Virus record (IMG/VR): IMGVR_UViG_3300031784_002453
Location: 1 to 35,792 of that record
DNA from: a virus
Lineage: Duplodnaviria; Caudoviricetes
Length of the DNA stretch: 35,792 nucleotides
Strand: one strand, 5' to 3'
A program made the translations under genes and the position numbers. The notes under the pieces were generated by a model. That model saw only the letters and a program-made list of their open reading frames with translations, had not been told where the DNA came from and made no database searches. Below, one piece after another: positions 1-8,351 of the stretch. The number at the start of each line of letters is the position of its first letter. Within the stretch, counting starts at the first letter, position 1.

Positions 1-1165
1 CTTCTGCGTCGATGGAGTGATATGCGTTCAAGTCTTGAGCCAATTCTGGGGTCCAGACTGCTTTCAACTTACGGGTCTTAGCAACGATTGGTTCGCTGTT
101 TAGTACCAAGTTTACTTCTGGGATACTGATATCAGTATCGATGCTTTGGGTAGCAACGTTACCTGAGGTACCAGAACCTTCACCTGGGGTCTTACCAGCT
201 TCGAAGTCACCACGTAGGTTATCGGTAGGTTGTAGACTATAGATCAACTTAACTTTACCACCTGTACCAGCGAATGCACTGTTAGAAGCGGAAACAATGT
301 ATATTGATTGATAGAATGGATCGCCCAAGCTACCAGTGTTGATTGCTTTGCTATAAGTATTCAATACCAAACCACTGCTTTGTAGAGCGGTTGGGGCAGT
401 TGAACCAGAGATCAAGTTGAATGAACGTACTGCGTTCAAATCAGCATTGTATACATATCCGTTTGCAGCAATACCGGAAGTATTGTCGTCGTGATTCAAG
501 ATAACCTTGAACAACTTCTTAGCTACAACTGATGCACTCAAATCAGCATCAAATTGAACGTCGTTCCATGATGCAGTTTGAATTGTGTTACCAACTGTGG
601 TTGAAGCAGCGGTCTTTGTCAAAGTAATAGCAGAGCTACTTACTGGACGAACTGAATAAGCATAAGCACCTTGACCATATAGACCACGTACTGCGCTATC
701 AGTTGAACCCAACTTCTTACCTGTACCACCGAACAAACTGTCGTTCAATTGCTTACCTGCACGGGTAGTCTTGGAACTACCGTTGTTCAAGTTACGCAAG
801 TCTTGACCTGGAGCTGTTGTACCATACTTGAAGTCTAGATAGAAGATTAGACCAGATGGTAGGTTCATTGGTTGAACGCTTACGAATTCCTTCGCAGCGA
901 TTTCAGCGAACACACGGCGAACCAATGGAAGAGCTACGCCAGCCCATTGTTCAGAACTGGTAGAAGTACCAGTTGTGGTTGCTTCGTCAAGCAATTGTTT
1001 TGCTTGGTTTTCCAATAGGATTGACATGTGTGCTTTTTCAACACCTTGGCAACCTTCTAGGAGGCCTGTCTTTTCCCACTTGTTTTGTAGTCCACGTGTT
1101 TCTGCCATCAATTTGGCCTGTGGATTCATGTTGTTTGTCAATAGACTCTTTACGTCCATACTCAT
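1..1165 (-). CDS. gp23: Major capsid protein, T4 gp23-like (3' end runs off the left edge)
   Basis: Absent from the ORF track; both ends translated by hand. From ATG at 1165: MSMDVKSLLTNNMNPQAKLMAETRGLQNKWEKTGLLEG...ILLENQ...ALPLVRRVFAEIAAKEFVSVQPMNLPSGLIFYLDFKYG. At the window edge, same frame: IVAKTRKLKAVWTPELAQDLNAYHSIDAE. Both are gp23 hallmark motifs. AGAAAG lies upstream of the start. Confidence 0.97.
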   Translation of the reverse strand, partial: MSMDVKSLLTNNMNPQAKLMAETRGLQNKWEKTGLLEGCQGVEKAHMSILLENQAKQLLDEATTTGTSTSSEQWAGVALPLVRRVFAEIAAKEFVSVQPMNLPSGLIFYLDFKYGTTAPGQDLRNLNNGSSKTTRAGKQLNDSLFGGTGKKLGSTDSAVRGLYGQGAYAYSVRPVSSSAITLTKTAASTTVGNTIQTASWNDVQFDADLSASVVAKKLFKVILNHDDNTSGIAANGYVYNADLNAVRSFNLISGSTAPTALQSSGLVLNTYSKAINTGSLGDPFYQSIYIVSASNSAFAGTGGKVKLIYSLQPTDNLRGDFEAGKTPGEGSGTSGNVATQSIDTDISIPEVNLVLNSEPIVAKTRKLKAVWTPELAQDLNAYHSIDAE

Positions 1166-1216
1166 ATTTTTATTTCTTTCTATTTAATTACTGTTAGGTT
1201 TTTACTCGCAAACTAA

Positions 1217-2281
1217 TTACTTCTTGATTCCTGCGAGTTTTTGGAATCTTGAAGTCATCACTTCAGCTTGAGGTTCTACAATGGTAGATGCAGGCTTTGT
1301 TGATGATACTGGTTTGCTTGCCAAACCTTCGGTGATAGTTTGAGCAGTTGTATTGGTCTTTTTCTTGACAACTGATGCACCGGAATTAATTGATTCGGCC
1401 AAAACTGTATATGCCAACTTGACTTCACGAATGTTCTTGGTCAAGTCGAAAGTGTTGATGATCTTAAGTTTTTGATCTTCGGTCAAGCTCTTGCCTTTGA
1501 ACAACTTGTTGGTATAAAGCAACTTAGCATTCAATAGGTTAGTTTCTGCTAGAACGCCCTTCATGAACTTTACAGTACTTAGAGCTTCTGCCAATTGTTT
1601 CTTTAGAGCTTCGTTTTCTTCGTTGATAGCTACTAGAGCTTCTGCCATTTCTTCAGAAGTTACTCCGTCTTCTTCAGCTGCTTCGGCTACTGGAGAAGGA
1701 ACTTGTCCTACAGCAGGTGCTGGAGCTGGAGCTGGAACAGCGGCTGGATCAACTGGAGCTGGTACTGGAGCAGCAGCTGCTGGAGCAGCTTCTTCTTCTT
1801 CCAATTCAGCTAGAAGTTCATCTAGACTTACTTCTTCCATTTCGTCTGAACCTTCCATAGCTTCTGGAGCTTCTGGAGCTTCTTCGGAAATTTCGCTTTC
1901 CAATTCGGCTAGAATTTCATCTAGTTCTTGACTGGTTACTTCTGTACCTTCTTCAACAGCTGCTTCTTCTTCTAGAGTAACATCAAATTCTTGCTTTCCA
2001 GCAGGAGTTGTGTTTTTGCTTGCAGCTGCAGATGGTTTGGTTGGGTGTTGCTTAGATGCAATGTTGCTATCGTCGGCGCCGATACCAGAAGATGCAAGTT
2101 TTTCTTCAATCTTACCTTCTTCGGTTTGGGTTTCTTCTGCCATTTCTTCCTTGAGTTTTTCTGCGAACATTTCTTTCATGCTTGCAGCAAAGTTTTCTTC
2201 AAGGAAAGTTTTTGCATTTGCCAAAGCTGTTTCACGTACAGCCTTCGCATCCGCAATGCTTTCTTTTAATAGATCGCTCAT
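1217..2281 (-). CDS. Prohead core/scaffold protein (gp22-like by position and composition), about 354 aa
   Basis: Likely start MSDLLKESIADAK at 2281, preceded by AGAAAGG; the track start at 2464 would overlap the divergent gene and the promoters. Very acidic, coiled-coil-like, with an Ala/Pro linker, many L/I-x-E sites and C-terminal RFQKLAGIKK. Immediately upstream of the capsid gene. Confidence 0.8.
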   Translation of the reverse strand: MSDLLKESIADAKAVRETALANAKTFLEENFAASMKEMFAEKLKEEMAEETQTEEGKIEEKLASSGIGADDSNIASKQHPTKPSAAASKNTTPAGKQEFDVTLEEEAAVEEGTEVTSQELDEILAELESEISEEAPEAPEAMEGSDEMEEVSLDELLAELEEEEAAPAAAAPVPAPVDPAAVPAPAPAPAVGQVPSPVAEAAEEDGVTSEEMAEALVAINEENEALKKQLAEALSTVKFMKGVLAETNLLNAKLLYTNKLFKGKSLTEDQKLKIINTFDLTKNIREVKLAYTVLAESINSGASVVKKKTNTTAQTITEGLASKPVSSTKPASTIVEPQAEVMTSRFQKLAGIKK

Positions 2282-2382
2282 AATTATGTTTCTGCCTTTC
2301 TTATTGTTATTTGTTGGTGAAGCTATTGAAGAACTCCAAAGAAGATAAATGAATGTGACATCAAAGAATGATGTATTTGAAT

Positions 2383-2390
2383 AATAAATA
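2383..2390 (-). promoter_or_regulatory. Putative late promoter (TATTTATT) for the scaffold-capsid operon
   Basis: Copy of the recurrent TA(T/C/A)TTAT(A/T) motif about 100 nt upstream of the scaffold ATG. Confidence 0.55.
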
Positions 2391-2423
2391 TAATTTAAAA
2401 TCGAAACAAATGAAAATATTTTA

Positions 2424-2431
2424 TATTTATT
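2424..2431 (+). promoter_or_regulatory. Putative late promoter (TATTTATT) for the two plus-strand genes
   Basis: Same motif, flipped to the + strand, 5 nt before the ATG at 2437. Confidence 0.55.
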
Positions 2432-2436
2432 GATAT

Positions 2437-3030
2437 ATGCCTGCAAAAAGCGAAAAACAAGCAAGACTATTTAGACTAGTAAGAGCACTACAAAAAGGTG
2501 GAATTAAATCCAAAGAAGTATCTCCTCAAGTTCGTAAAATGGCTCGTACTATAAAACCAAGTAGTGTGAAAGATTTAACAAAAGTCAAAGAAATTATTCA
2601 AAGACTAAAAGAAAGCGAATATAGTTTAGGCAAAATTAAAAAAGTAAGTGGTATAAGTTTCAAAAAACATTTATCTAAGCAAGTTGGCGTACCATTTGAT
2701 TTAAAAGAACTTCAAGTATTCCAATCAAAAGAAAATGGTTTTAGTGGATTTGGAAAAACTAAATTTAAAGAAAATAAAAGTACCAACGAAGTTTCTACAG
2801 AAATTAATAGCAATGGTACAAATAAAAAGTATGTTTTCAAAAAGTTAATTGATAACGACGATAAACAGCATAAATACGCTTGTATTATCCAAAGAACATT
2901 TCCAGATAAACCCGACAAAGAAATCATAGATCTTCTAAGTAATAGTTTTGACACTGACGACGTTGCTGAAAAAACCAAAACACTTGCGGATTTCATAGAT
3001 AGAATTAATACAACATTAGGATCAATGTAA
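2437..3030 (+). CDS. Hypothetical basic protein, 197 aa
   Basis: Fills the gap between minus-strand genes. Lys-rich, N-terminal MPAKSEKQARLF segment followed by an LKE site; promoter motif directly upstream. Confidence 0.8.
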   Translation: MPAKSEKQARLFRLVRALQKGGIKSKEVSPQVRKMARTIKPSSVKDLTKVKEIIQRLKESEYSLGKIKKVSGISFKKHLSKQVGVPFDLKELQVFQSKENGFSGFGKTKFKENKSTNEVSTEINSNGTNKKYVFKKLIDNDDKQHKYACIIQRTFPDKPDKEIIDLLSNSFDTDDVAEKTKTLADFIDRINTTLGSM

Positions 3031-3034
3031 TATT

Positions 3035-3502
3035 ATGCCATACAATTTCAATCCAAATTTTAACAGACATTTAAACTTGAAAAAAGATAATTACAAAAAC
3101 ATCAAAAGAACCGGCGATGAAACTCCATATTCCAATCCCGATGTTCGTGCGATGAATAATAATTATAACAATTACAAGAGTCCAAAGTTAATTAATTTTT
3201 TAAATAACGATAACTTTGAAGAAGATGTGAAGATGTATAAGTTGGAAGATTTGGATCATCCAAATGGATGGAATTTTTCTGAGTTAGATATGTTGGGAGA
3301 AATGAATTTCAGAATAGATGATGACTACAAAATGTTCAGTGAAATTGAAGTTCCATCATTACAATTAGAAAACGAAAAAATAAAAGCCTTCGTCTATAAA
3401 ACTGACGAAGGCTATGTGTTGGAAACTAACAGAAAATACGTTTTTGAAACGTTCGGTAAAATGTTAGATTATATTGATTCTATCCCAATGAAGCAATACT
3501 GA
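3035..3502 (+). CDS. Hypothetical protein, 155 aa
   Basis: Starts 4 nt after the previous stop; no competing long ORF; overlaps the convergent gene by 23 nt. Confidence 0.75.
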   Translation: MPYNFNPNFNRHLNLKKDNYKNIKRTGDETPYSNPDVRAMNNNYNNYKSPKLINFLNNDNFEEDVKMYKLEDLDHPNGWNFSELDMLGEMNFRIDDDYKMFSEIEVPSLQLENEKIKAFVYKTDEGYVLETNRKYVFETFGKMLDYIDSIPMKQY

Positions 3503-3923
3503 CGGAACTTGGTTGATCTTGTGTTTGATAAGATTGCGGAGCTTCATTAACTTGATCCGCAATTTCAAAATATCTCTCTAAACGACGACCAACTTCTTCA
3601 TACAACATTTCAAGTTGTTTTTCAATAGCTTTCATCTTTTGAGCTTCTTCATACATCTTTGCGGCATCACGCTTGATTTCTTTCATATCACGTTCTACCA
3701 TTTTAGCTTCCATCCAATCGCCACATTCTTTCAAAGCATATCTTTCGGCTAAATTGACAGCTTCCATGATTTTTTGAGCGGTAGCATATACATTATCAGC
3801 TTTTAATCCTTTACGATATTCATTATATGATTTAATGGTTTCTACCATGTTCTTCTTCTCATATACGGTAAGAGGAGTATAAGCGTGTTCAGTGGAATTT
3901 TCTAGTAAATGTTTTAATTTCAT
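3480..3923 (-). CDS. Hypothetical helical head-region protein, 147 aa
   Basis: MKLKHLLE N-terminus, coiled-coil-like composition, directly downstream of the prohead protease, own upstream TATTTATA. Confidence 0.8.
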   Translation of the reverse strand: MKLKHLLENSTEHAYTPLTVYEKKNMVETIKSYNEYRKGLKADNVYATAQKIMEAVNLAERYALKECGDWMEAKMVERDMKEIKRDAAKMYEEAQKMKAIEKQLEMLYEEVGRRLERYFEIADQVNEAPQSYQTQDQPSSVSIASLG

Positions 3924-3927
3924 ACTT

Positions 3928-3935
3928 TATAAATA
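3928..3935 (-). promoter_or_regulatory. Putative late promoter TATTTATA
   Basis: Motif ends 4 nt before the ATG at 3923. Confidence 0.55.
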
Positions 3936-4541
3936 TTATAGTTCTGATAGAATGTTATGGATAATTCTTTCTACATTACCATATGGGTTAATAATTGTTT
4001 TGTGTTGATCAAAACTTTCGTTAATCTTTCCTTGTGGATACATGAAAGCACCTTGAGTACTAGGATTGCTTACGAAATCAAATGCGATTAAATCAAAATC
4101 ATCTTGTACTACATCAGCGCCTTCTCTCATGTCTTTCTTAACACTACCTAAACCACGACTACTAATACCCAATAAAATTCCAGATTGTAGTAGATCTCTA
4201 AGAATATTACCGCTTGGCGTAGGTAGAATTTCTACTGTTCCAACTAAATCTTTGCCATCCCAACCCATATCTGTGATGTTATGACTAACATTCTTTAAAT
4301 TAACAACGCTACTTTCTGGATGGTCTAATTCACCCATAGCACGACGTTGTTTCACGAAGTTTTGCATATATTTGTCAGCTTCACGTTTCAATACGTCTTC
4401 TGGATATACGCGTCCATTTTGATTTTTTGCATCTGCACGTTGTAATACGCCGCTTACAAGAAGTTTACCGTCTTTTAATGATTCGTTCAAAGACGTTCTT
4501 TTAAATTCAAATGGCATTACATCAATTAATACTTGTTTCAT
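3936..4541 (-). CDS. gp21: Prohead maturation protease, T4 gp21-like, about 201 aa
   Basis: Motifs GVLQRADAKNQNGRVYP, AMGELDHP, NVSH, TPSGNIL, GISSRGLGS and DFVSNPS. Likely start MKQVLIDV at 4541, just after the upstream stop at 4543. Confidence 0.95.
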   Translation of the reverse strand: MKQVLIDVMPFEFKRTSLNESLKDGKLLVSGVLQRADAKNQNGRVYPEDVLKREADKYMQNFVKQRRAMGELDHPESSVVNLKNVSHNITDMGWDGKDLVGTVEILPTPSGNILRDLLQSGILLGISSRGLGSVKKDMREGADVVQDDFDLIAFDFVSNPSTQGAFMYPQGKINESFDQHKTIINPYGNVERIIHNILSEL

Positions 4542-4542
4542 A

Positions 4543-5517
4543 TTATGGTTTTTGTTGTGTAGGAGATTGTTGTGTAGCACCAACCTCTGGTTGAGGTTCA
4601 GTTTCTTCTTCATCAGAAGTGATGGTGTTGGTTGGAGTTGCTGATTGTTGAGGTTCAACAAGTGCTTTTGATTTAGCTACTTGATACTTATCTTTAGGTT
4701 TTAAATTGTCGGCGGTACCAAGAATTTTAACTTTAAATCCTGGTTTAATGAAGAATTTAGCAACTTTTTGTTTATTTTCTTCTCTTCCTATGATTATGAT
4801 CACATATCTATCATAATAATAATCAATAGCTACGCCTGTAACATTAATTGTATAGTCAGTTTCAGGTTGTTTGTATCCTTTACTAGCTCTTACAACAATC
4901 TTCTTACCTAAAATTTTGTCTTGAATTGTTTTTTGTAAATTATTCTTTAGTACCTCGGTACTATTCTTAAGTTTTGTGTCAAATGCTGTAAAATCAGGCA
5001 ACACATCGTAACTCTTTATATCAATAGATGGATCTGCTTTTGGTTGTGGCGTTGGAGTTGGAGCAGGTTGAGGCGCAGGTTGAGGTGCTACTTGGTTTTC
5101 TTGTTCATATTTTAAACCATTAAAGCCCTCTGTAAATGGTAAACTACCTTGTTTATATCCAATTAAGTTTGGATCCAAGTTGGGGTCGTTATGTTGAACC
5201 AATCCATTTTCATCTGTATAAGTCGAACCCAATTCAATAGCTTGTGCTGGACTAGCATAAGCTGGTTCACTATACATTTGATTTTCCAACTTATAACCGG
5301 AACTTCTTTTAATTGGTTTAGCTAACTTATACCCAAGTTGTGTATAAGTAGCTGGTCTAGCGCCTCTTTTTGAAAATGCAAACGGCGTTCTAGCAGCATC
5401 TCCACCAACTGCTACTGGTCCAGATGCAACTGGACCTGTACCTGTAGTGCTAGCTTCATTTTTAACTTTTAATTTAGTTAAAATGCTTTTAATTTTCTTT
5501 TTTAGTTTCGGATTCAT
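4543..5517 (-). CDS. Hypothetical protein (head module), 324 aa
   Basis: Long ORF overlapping the upstream gene; Pro/Gln-rich linkers; lies between portal and protease. Confidence 0.8.
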   Translation of the reverse strand: MNPKLKKKIKSILTKLKVKNEASTTGTGPVASGPVAVGGDAARTPFAFSKRGARPATYTQLGYKLAKPIKRSSGYKLENQMYSEPAYASPAQAIELGSTYTDENGLVQHNDPNLDPNLIGYKQGSLPFTEGFNGLKYEQENQVAPQPAPQPAPTPTPQPKADPSIDIKSYDVLPDFTAFDTKLKNSTEVLKNNLQKTIQDKILGKKIVVRASKGYKQPETDYTINVTGVAIDYYYDRYVIIIIGREENKQKVAKFFIKPGFKVKILGTADNLKPKDKYQVAKSKALVEPQQSATPTNTITSDEEETEPQPEVGATQQSPTQQKP

Positions 5518-6373
5518 TCTTCAATTTGTCGATTTCTTCAACTAATTCATAAGCATTTAATAAAGAAGTTAGTTGATTTTCTTTTACTACTCCAACGATG
5601 CTCTTGTTAGAAAATTGACTAACCACTTCGCCTATTTTAATCTTAACTACATCTGAGTTAATAGAGTTAATACTATCTTTCAACAATGAACTTACTCTCT
5701 TATATTCTTCATTGACAAATTTAGTAAACTTATTTGAGTTACTAATGTTTGTGATATATTCTTTGAGAAGCTTCTTTTGTGATGGTAACAAATTGCTATA
5801 CTTGGTATTGAAATTTTCAATCAAAAACTTATATGCTAATAAACGAACTTCTGCACTTTGACTTCCATAAACATCCAAACTTTCTTCGCTATTCTTCTTT
5901 TCTTTTGTCAAATTTTCTACGACATATTCTCTCGACTCTAATATCTCATTTACATCAAACTTGACTTCTTGTTCTACTTGATTTTCAAATAATTTATAAA
6001 CGGAAGCGTATAGTTTATAATTTGGGATTTTGTTCTTTAAAAATTCGTCAATATTATACTTTTCTTTTATCTCTTTAATAATATTATACTTTTGTTTATT
6101 CAATTCACGTTCATCCAATTTTGTTCGCGTCTGCAATACTACGTTTAATATACGTTCCGCAGAATTTGCGTCTTTGCTGGCTTGTTGGAGTATGAAATTG
6201 TATAGTTGTGCTTCTTTACCAAGTTCTTTACTTTCGTGAAAGTACTTAAACATTAAATTTTTAGTAAACGATTCATCTCTACCCGCCAAAATATCCGCTG
6301 TTATTTGACGAGTAAGAAGCTCAAACAATATCCCAGCATTCTTAAATTTTGAATGTTTTGCTTTCTTGTGCAT
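5489..6373 (-). CDS. Hypothetical helical protein downstream of portal, 294 aa
   Basis: Long ORF beginning KHSKFKNAGILFELLTRQIT; head-module position; function unknown. Confidence 0.82.
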   Translation of the reverse strand: MHKKAKHSKFKNAGILFELLTRQITADILAGRDESFTKNLMFKYFHESKELGKEAQLYNFILQQASKDANSAERILNVVLQTRTKLDERELNKQKYNIIKEIKEKYNIDEFLKNKIPNYKLYASVYKLFENQVEQEVKFDVNEILESREYVVENLTKEKKNSEESLDVYGSQSAEVRLLAYKFLIENFNTKYSNLLPSQKKLLKEYITNISNSNKFTKFVNEEYKRVSSLLKDSINSINSDVVKIKIGEVVSQFSNKSIVGVVKENQLTSLLNAYELVEEIDKLKNESETKKEN

Positions 6374-6385
6374 ATTATTATTATT

Positions 6386-6393
6386 TATAAATA
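6386..6393 (-). promoter_or_regulatory. Putative late promoter TATTTATA (within palindrome TATTTATAAATA, 6382-6393)
   Basis: 12 nt upstream of the ATG at 6373. Confidence 0.5.
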
Positions 6394-6426
6394 TATAGTA
6401 AGTCCGTAAATATATAGGAATTGTGT

Positions 6427-8328
6427 CTATTCTTTTATATTTCTTTCATCCATAAAAGATTTTTCATTTCCTTCTCTTAAAATTTTCTTTTCATCTTCCA
6501 CAGTATTCAACAAATCGGTTAAACCTCTGAGAGATTCCAAAGACAATGGAGATTTATTTTTATACTTGTGCGTGACCGATAAATCAGATCGTCTATTGTT
6601 TTCTAATGATCCGAGTGGGTCTTCTCCAAACCTATATTTACTGGCATCTTTTCTACCTGTTTGATCTCTTTCTGCTAATTTTGGCGGAGTTGAACTAGGT
6701 TTTGTTTCTGCTGGTTTTTCTTCACCTGCTGGTTTTTCAGGTGGAGTTTCTCCACCTGGAGGAGTATCCGAAGCTTCTGTATCCGCAGCGGCTGCGCCTG
6801 CATCAGATTCTCCTTTATCTCCTTCTTCTTTAGATTGTAAGAACTTAATAGCTGGATCGTTACCGTCTTCCTCAATTTGCTTAAATCTATATGTACCTTT
6901 AGCATCATCGACAAGTTGTTTTTGTAGATCAATCATGTCTTGATCTGATAGTCCAAAGACATTTTCATAAATCCATTTTTTACTAAAGAATTTATTTTCT
7001 TGCATGTCTTTGGAAACCTCGACTTTGCTCTTCCAAACGTCAATCTTTTCTTTTTCAAATATAGTAGATGGATTTGTTAATTCCAATGTAAAGTCAACCA
7101 ATGACTCATCTCTATATCCCTGACTATATAAATGAATAACTGCAATCTTATTCAACTCACTAACAATAATACGTTGAATACGTTGAATTGTACGAGCGAA
7201 ACGAATGTCTTCTGCTGCCAATGTAGCTTTACCACTTAAACTTTCATCATATCCCAAAAATGCTTTTGGAATCTTAAGTGCTGCCATCATTTTGTTACGA
7301 AGATATTCGATATCGTCTGTGCCAGTCCATTCAAGACCTGGCAAATTATCAATACTCGTACCACTATCACTGCCACGAACAGGCAAGAAGAAATCTTCTA
7401 CCATGTTTTGTAAATTAAAACGTAAATTGTAATCGCCGGTTTGTTGATCCAAATATGGAGTTTTTTTCATTTGGGTCATGATTCTCTCCATGTGATTATC
7501 AACTTCATTTGGAGGAATATTACCAATATCAACTTTGAAAATACGTTTTTCAGGAGCGCGCATGATACGATGAATTAACATTGCGTCTTCCATCAAACTC
7601 AATTGTTTCCAAACACGACGGGCACCTTCCAACATACTCTTACCATATGGCAAGAAGTTACTGTCACTCAACAAACGAAAATGTGCAATTTGATAATTTT
7701 CCAAATCTTCAATCTTATTTCCGTATGGCAAATTAACTTGGAATTTTACAAAGTTTTTATTAGTTATGTGTGCATTTTCTACACGGGTTACATAATAAGT
7801 ACTTAGTGGTTCTACCATGTATACACCATATTCAGGACTAATATGCAAACGTAGATAAAAATCTCCATACTTAACCATACAACGAGTCCAACTCCATAAG
7901 TTAAATTCTATGTTTAAAATATCATAGAATAAGTTATGCAATATGTTCTTGATTTCATCATTGGTAGATTTGATTTGTAGAATATCTCCCAATTCATTTC
8001 TTGTAGTACATTCATCAGCATAAATGTCCAATGCAGATTCAAGAATCGGATCCATATCCATTGTATCATAATCACGAAATAGTTCTACACGACTACTTTG
8101 ATATGATAAATTGAAATCTCTTGTATATTGATTATAGGAGGTTGTGCGTAATCTATTAAAACGATCTCTTAAACTATTACGATCTGTAGCGTATTGAATT
8201 TCATCAGTGTCAATAACTTTTAGTTTCTTACCGCCAATATTGCGGACGATTACGTCGTTCGAAAATAGACGTTTCAAACGTGCAAATAATGAACGATTTC
8301 TTAATTCCTGAAATGATTGATCTGACAT
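6427..8328 (-). CDS. gp20: Portal protein, T4 gp20-like, 633 aa
   Basis: Motifs ALDIYADE, KQLSLMEDAMLIHRIMRAPEKRIFKVDIGNIPP, EDFFLPVRG, IDNLPG, DDIEYL, ALKIPK and EDIRFARTIQRIQ. Confidence 0.96.
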   Translation of the reverse strand: MSDQSFQELRNRSLFARLKRLFSNDVIVRNIGGKKLKVIDTDEIQYATDRNSLRDRFNRLRTTSYNQYTRDFNLSYQSSRVELFRDYDTMDMDPILESALDIYADECTTRNELGDILQIKSTNDEIKNILHNLFYDILNIEFNLWSWTRCMVKYGDFYLRLHISPEYGVYMVEPLSTYYVTRVENAHITNKNFVKFQVNLPYGNKIEDLENYQIAHFRLLSDSNFLPYGKSMLEGARRVWKQLSLMEDAMLIHRIMRAPEKRIFKVDIGNIPPNEVDNHMERIMTQMKKTPYLDQQTGDYNLRFNLQNMVEDFFLPVRGSDSGTSIDNLPGLEWTGTDDIEYLRNKMMAALKIPKAFLGYDESLSGKATLAAEDIRFARTIQRIQRIIVSELNKIAVIHLYSQGYRDESLVDFTLELTNPSTIFEKEKIDVWKSKVEVSKDMQENKFFSKKWIYENVFGLSDQDMIDLQKQLVDDAKGTYRFKQIEEDGNDPAIKFLQSKEEGDKGESDAGAAAADTEASDTPPGGETPPEKPAGEEKPAETKPSSTPPKLAERDQTGRKDASKYRFGEDPLGSLENNRRSDLSVTHKYKNKSPLSLESLRGLTDLLNTVEDEKKILREGNEKSFMDERNIKE

Positions 8329-8342
8329 ATATTATTCTACTA

Positions 8343-8350
8343 TATAAGTA
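8343..8350 (-). promoter_or_regulatory. Putative late promoter variant TACTTATA
   Basis: 14 nt upstream of the portal ATG, in the short terminase-portal gap. Confidence 0.4.
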
Positions 8351-8351
8351 T

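Noticed and set aside
1700-1885. GCTGGA/GCTTCTGGA short tandem repeats
   Set aside because: They encode the Ala/Pro/Glu linker of the scaffold; not a CRISPR array or independent repeat.
2282-2464. N-terminal extension of the scaffold ORF in the track (likewise 4542-4661 for the protease and 22044-22064 for the GNAT)
   Set aside because: The extensions overlap promoters or neighbouring genes; the downstream ATGs have better context.
6382-6393. Perfect palindrome TATTTATAAATA as an operator or origin
   Set aside because: It is all A/T, short, and explained by the late-promoter motif; chance occurrence is plausible.
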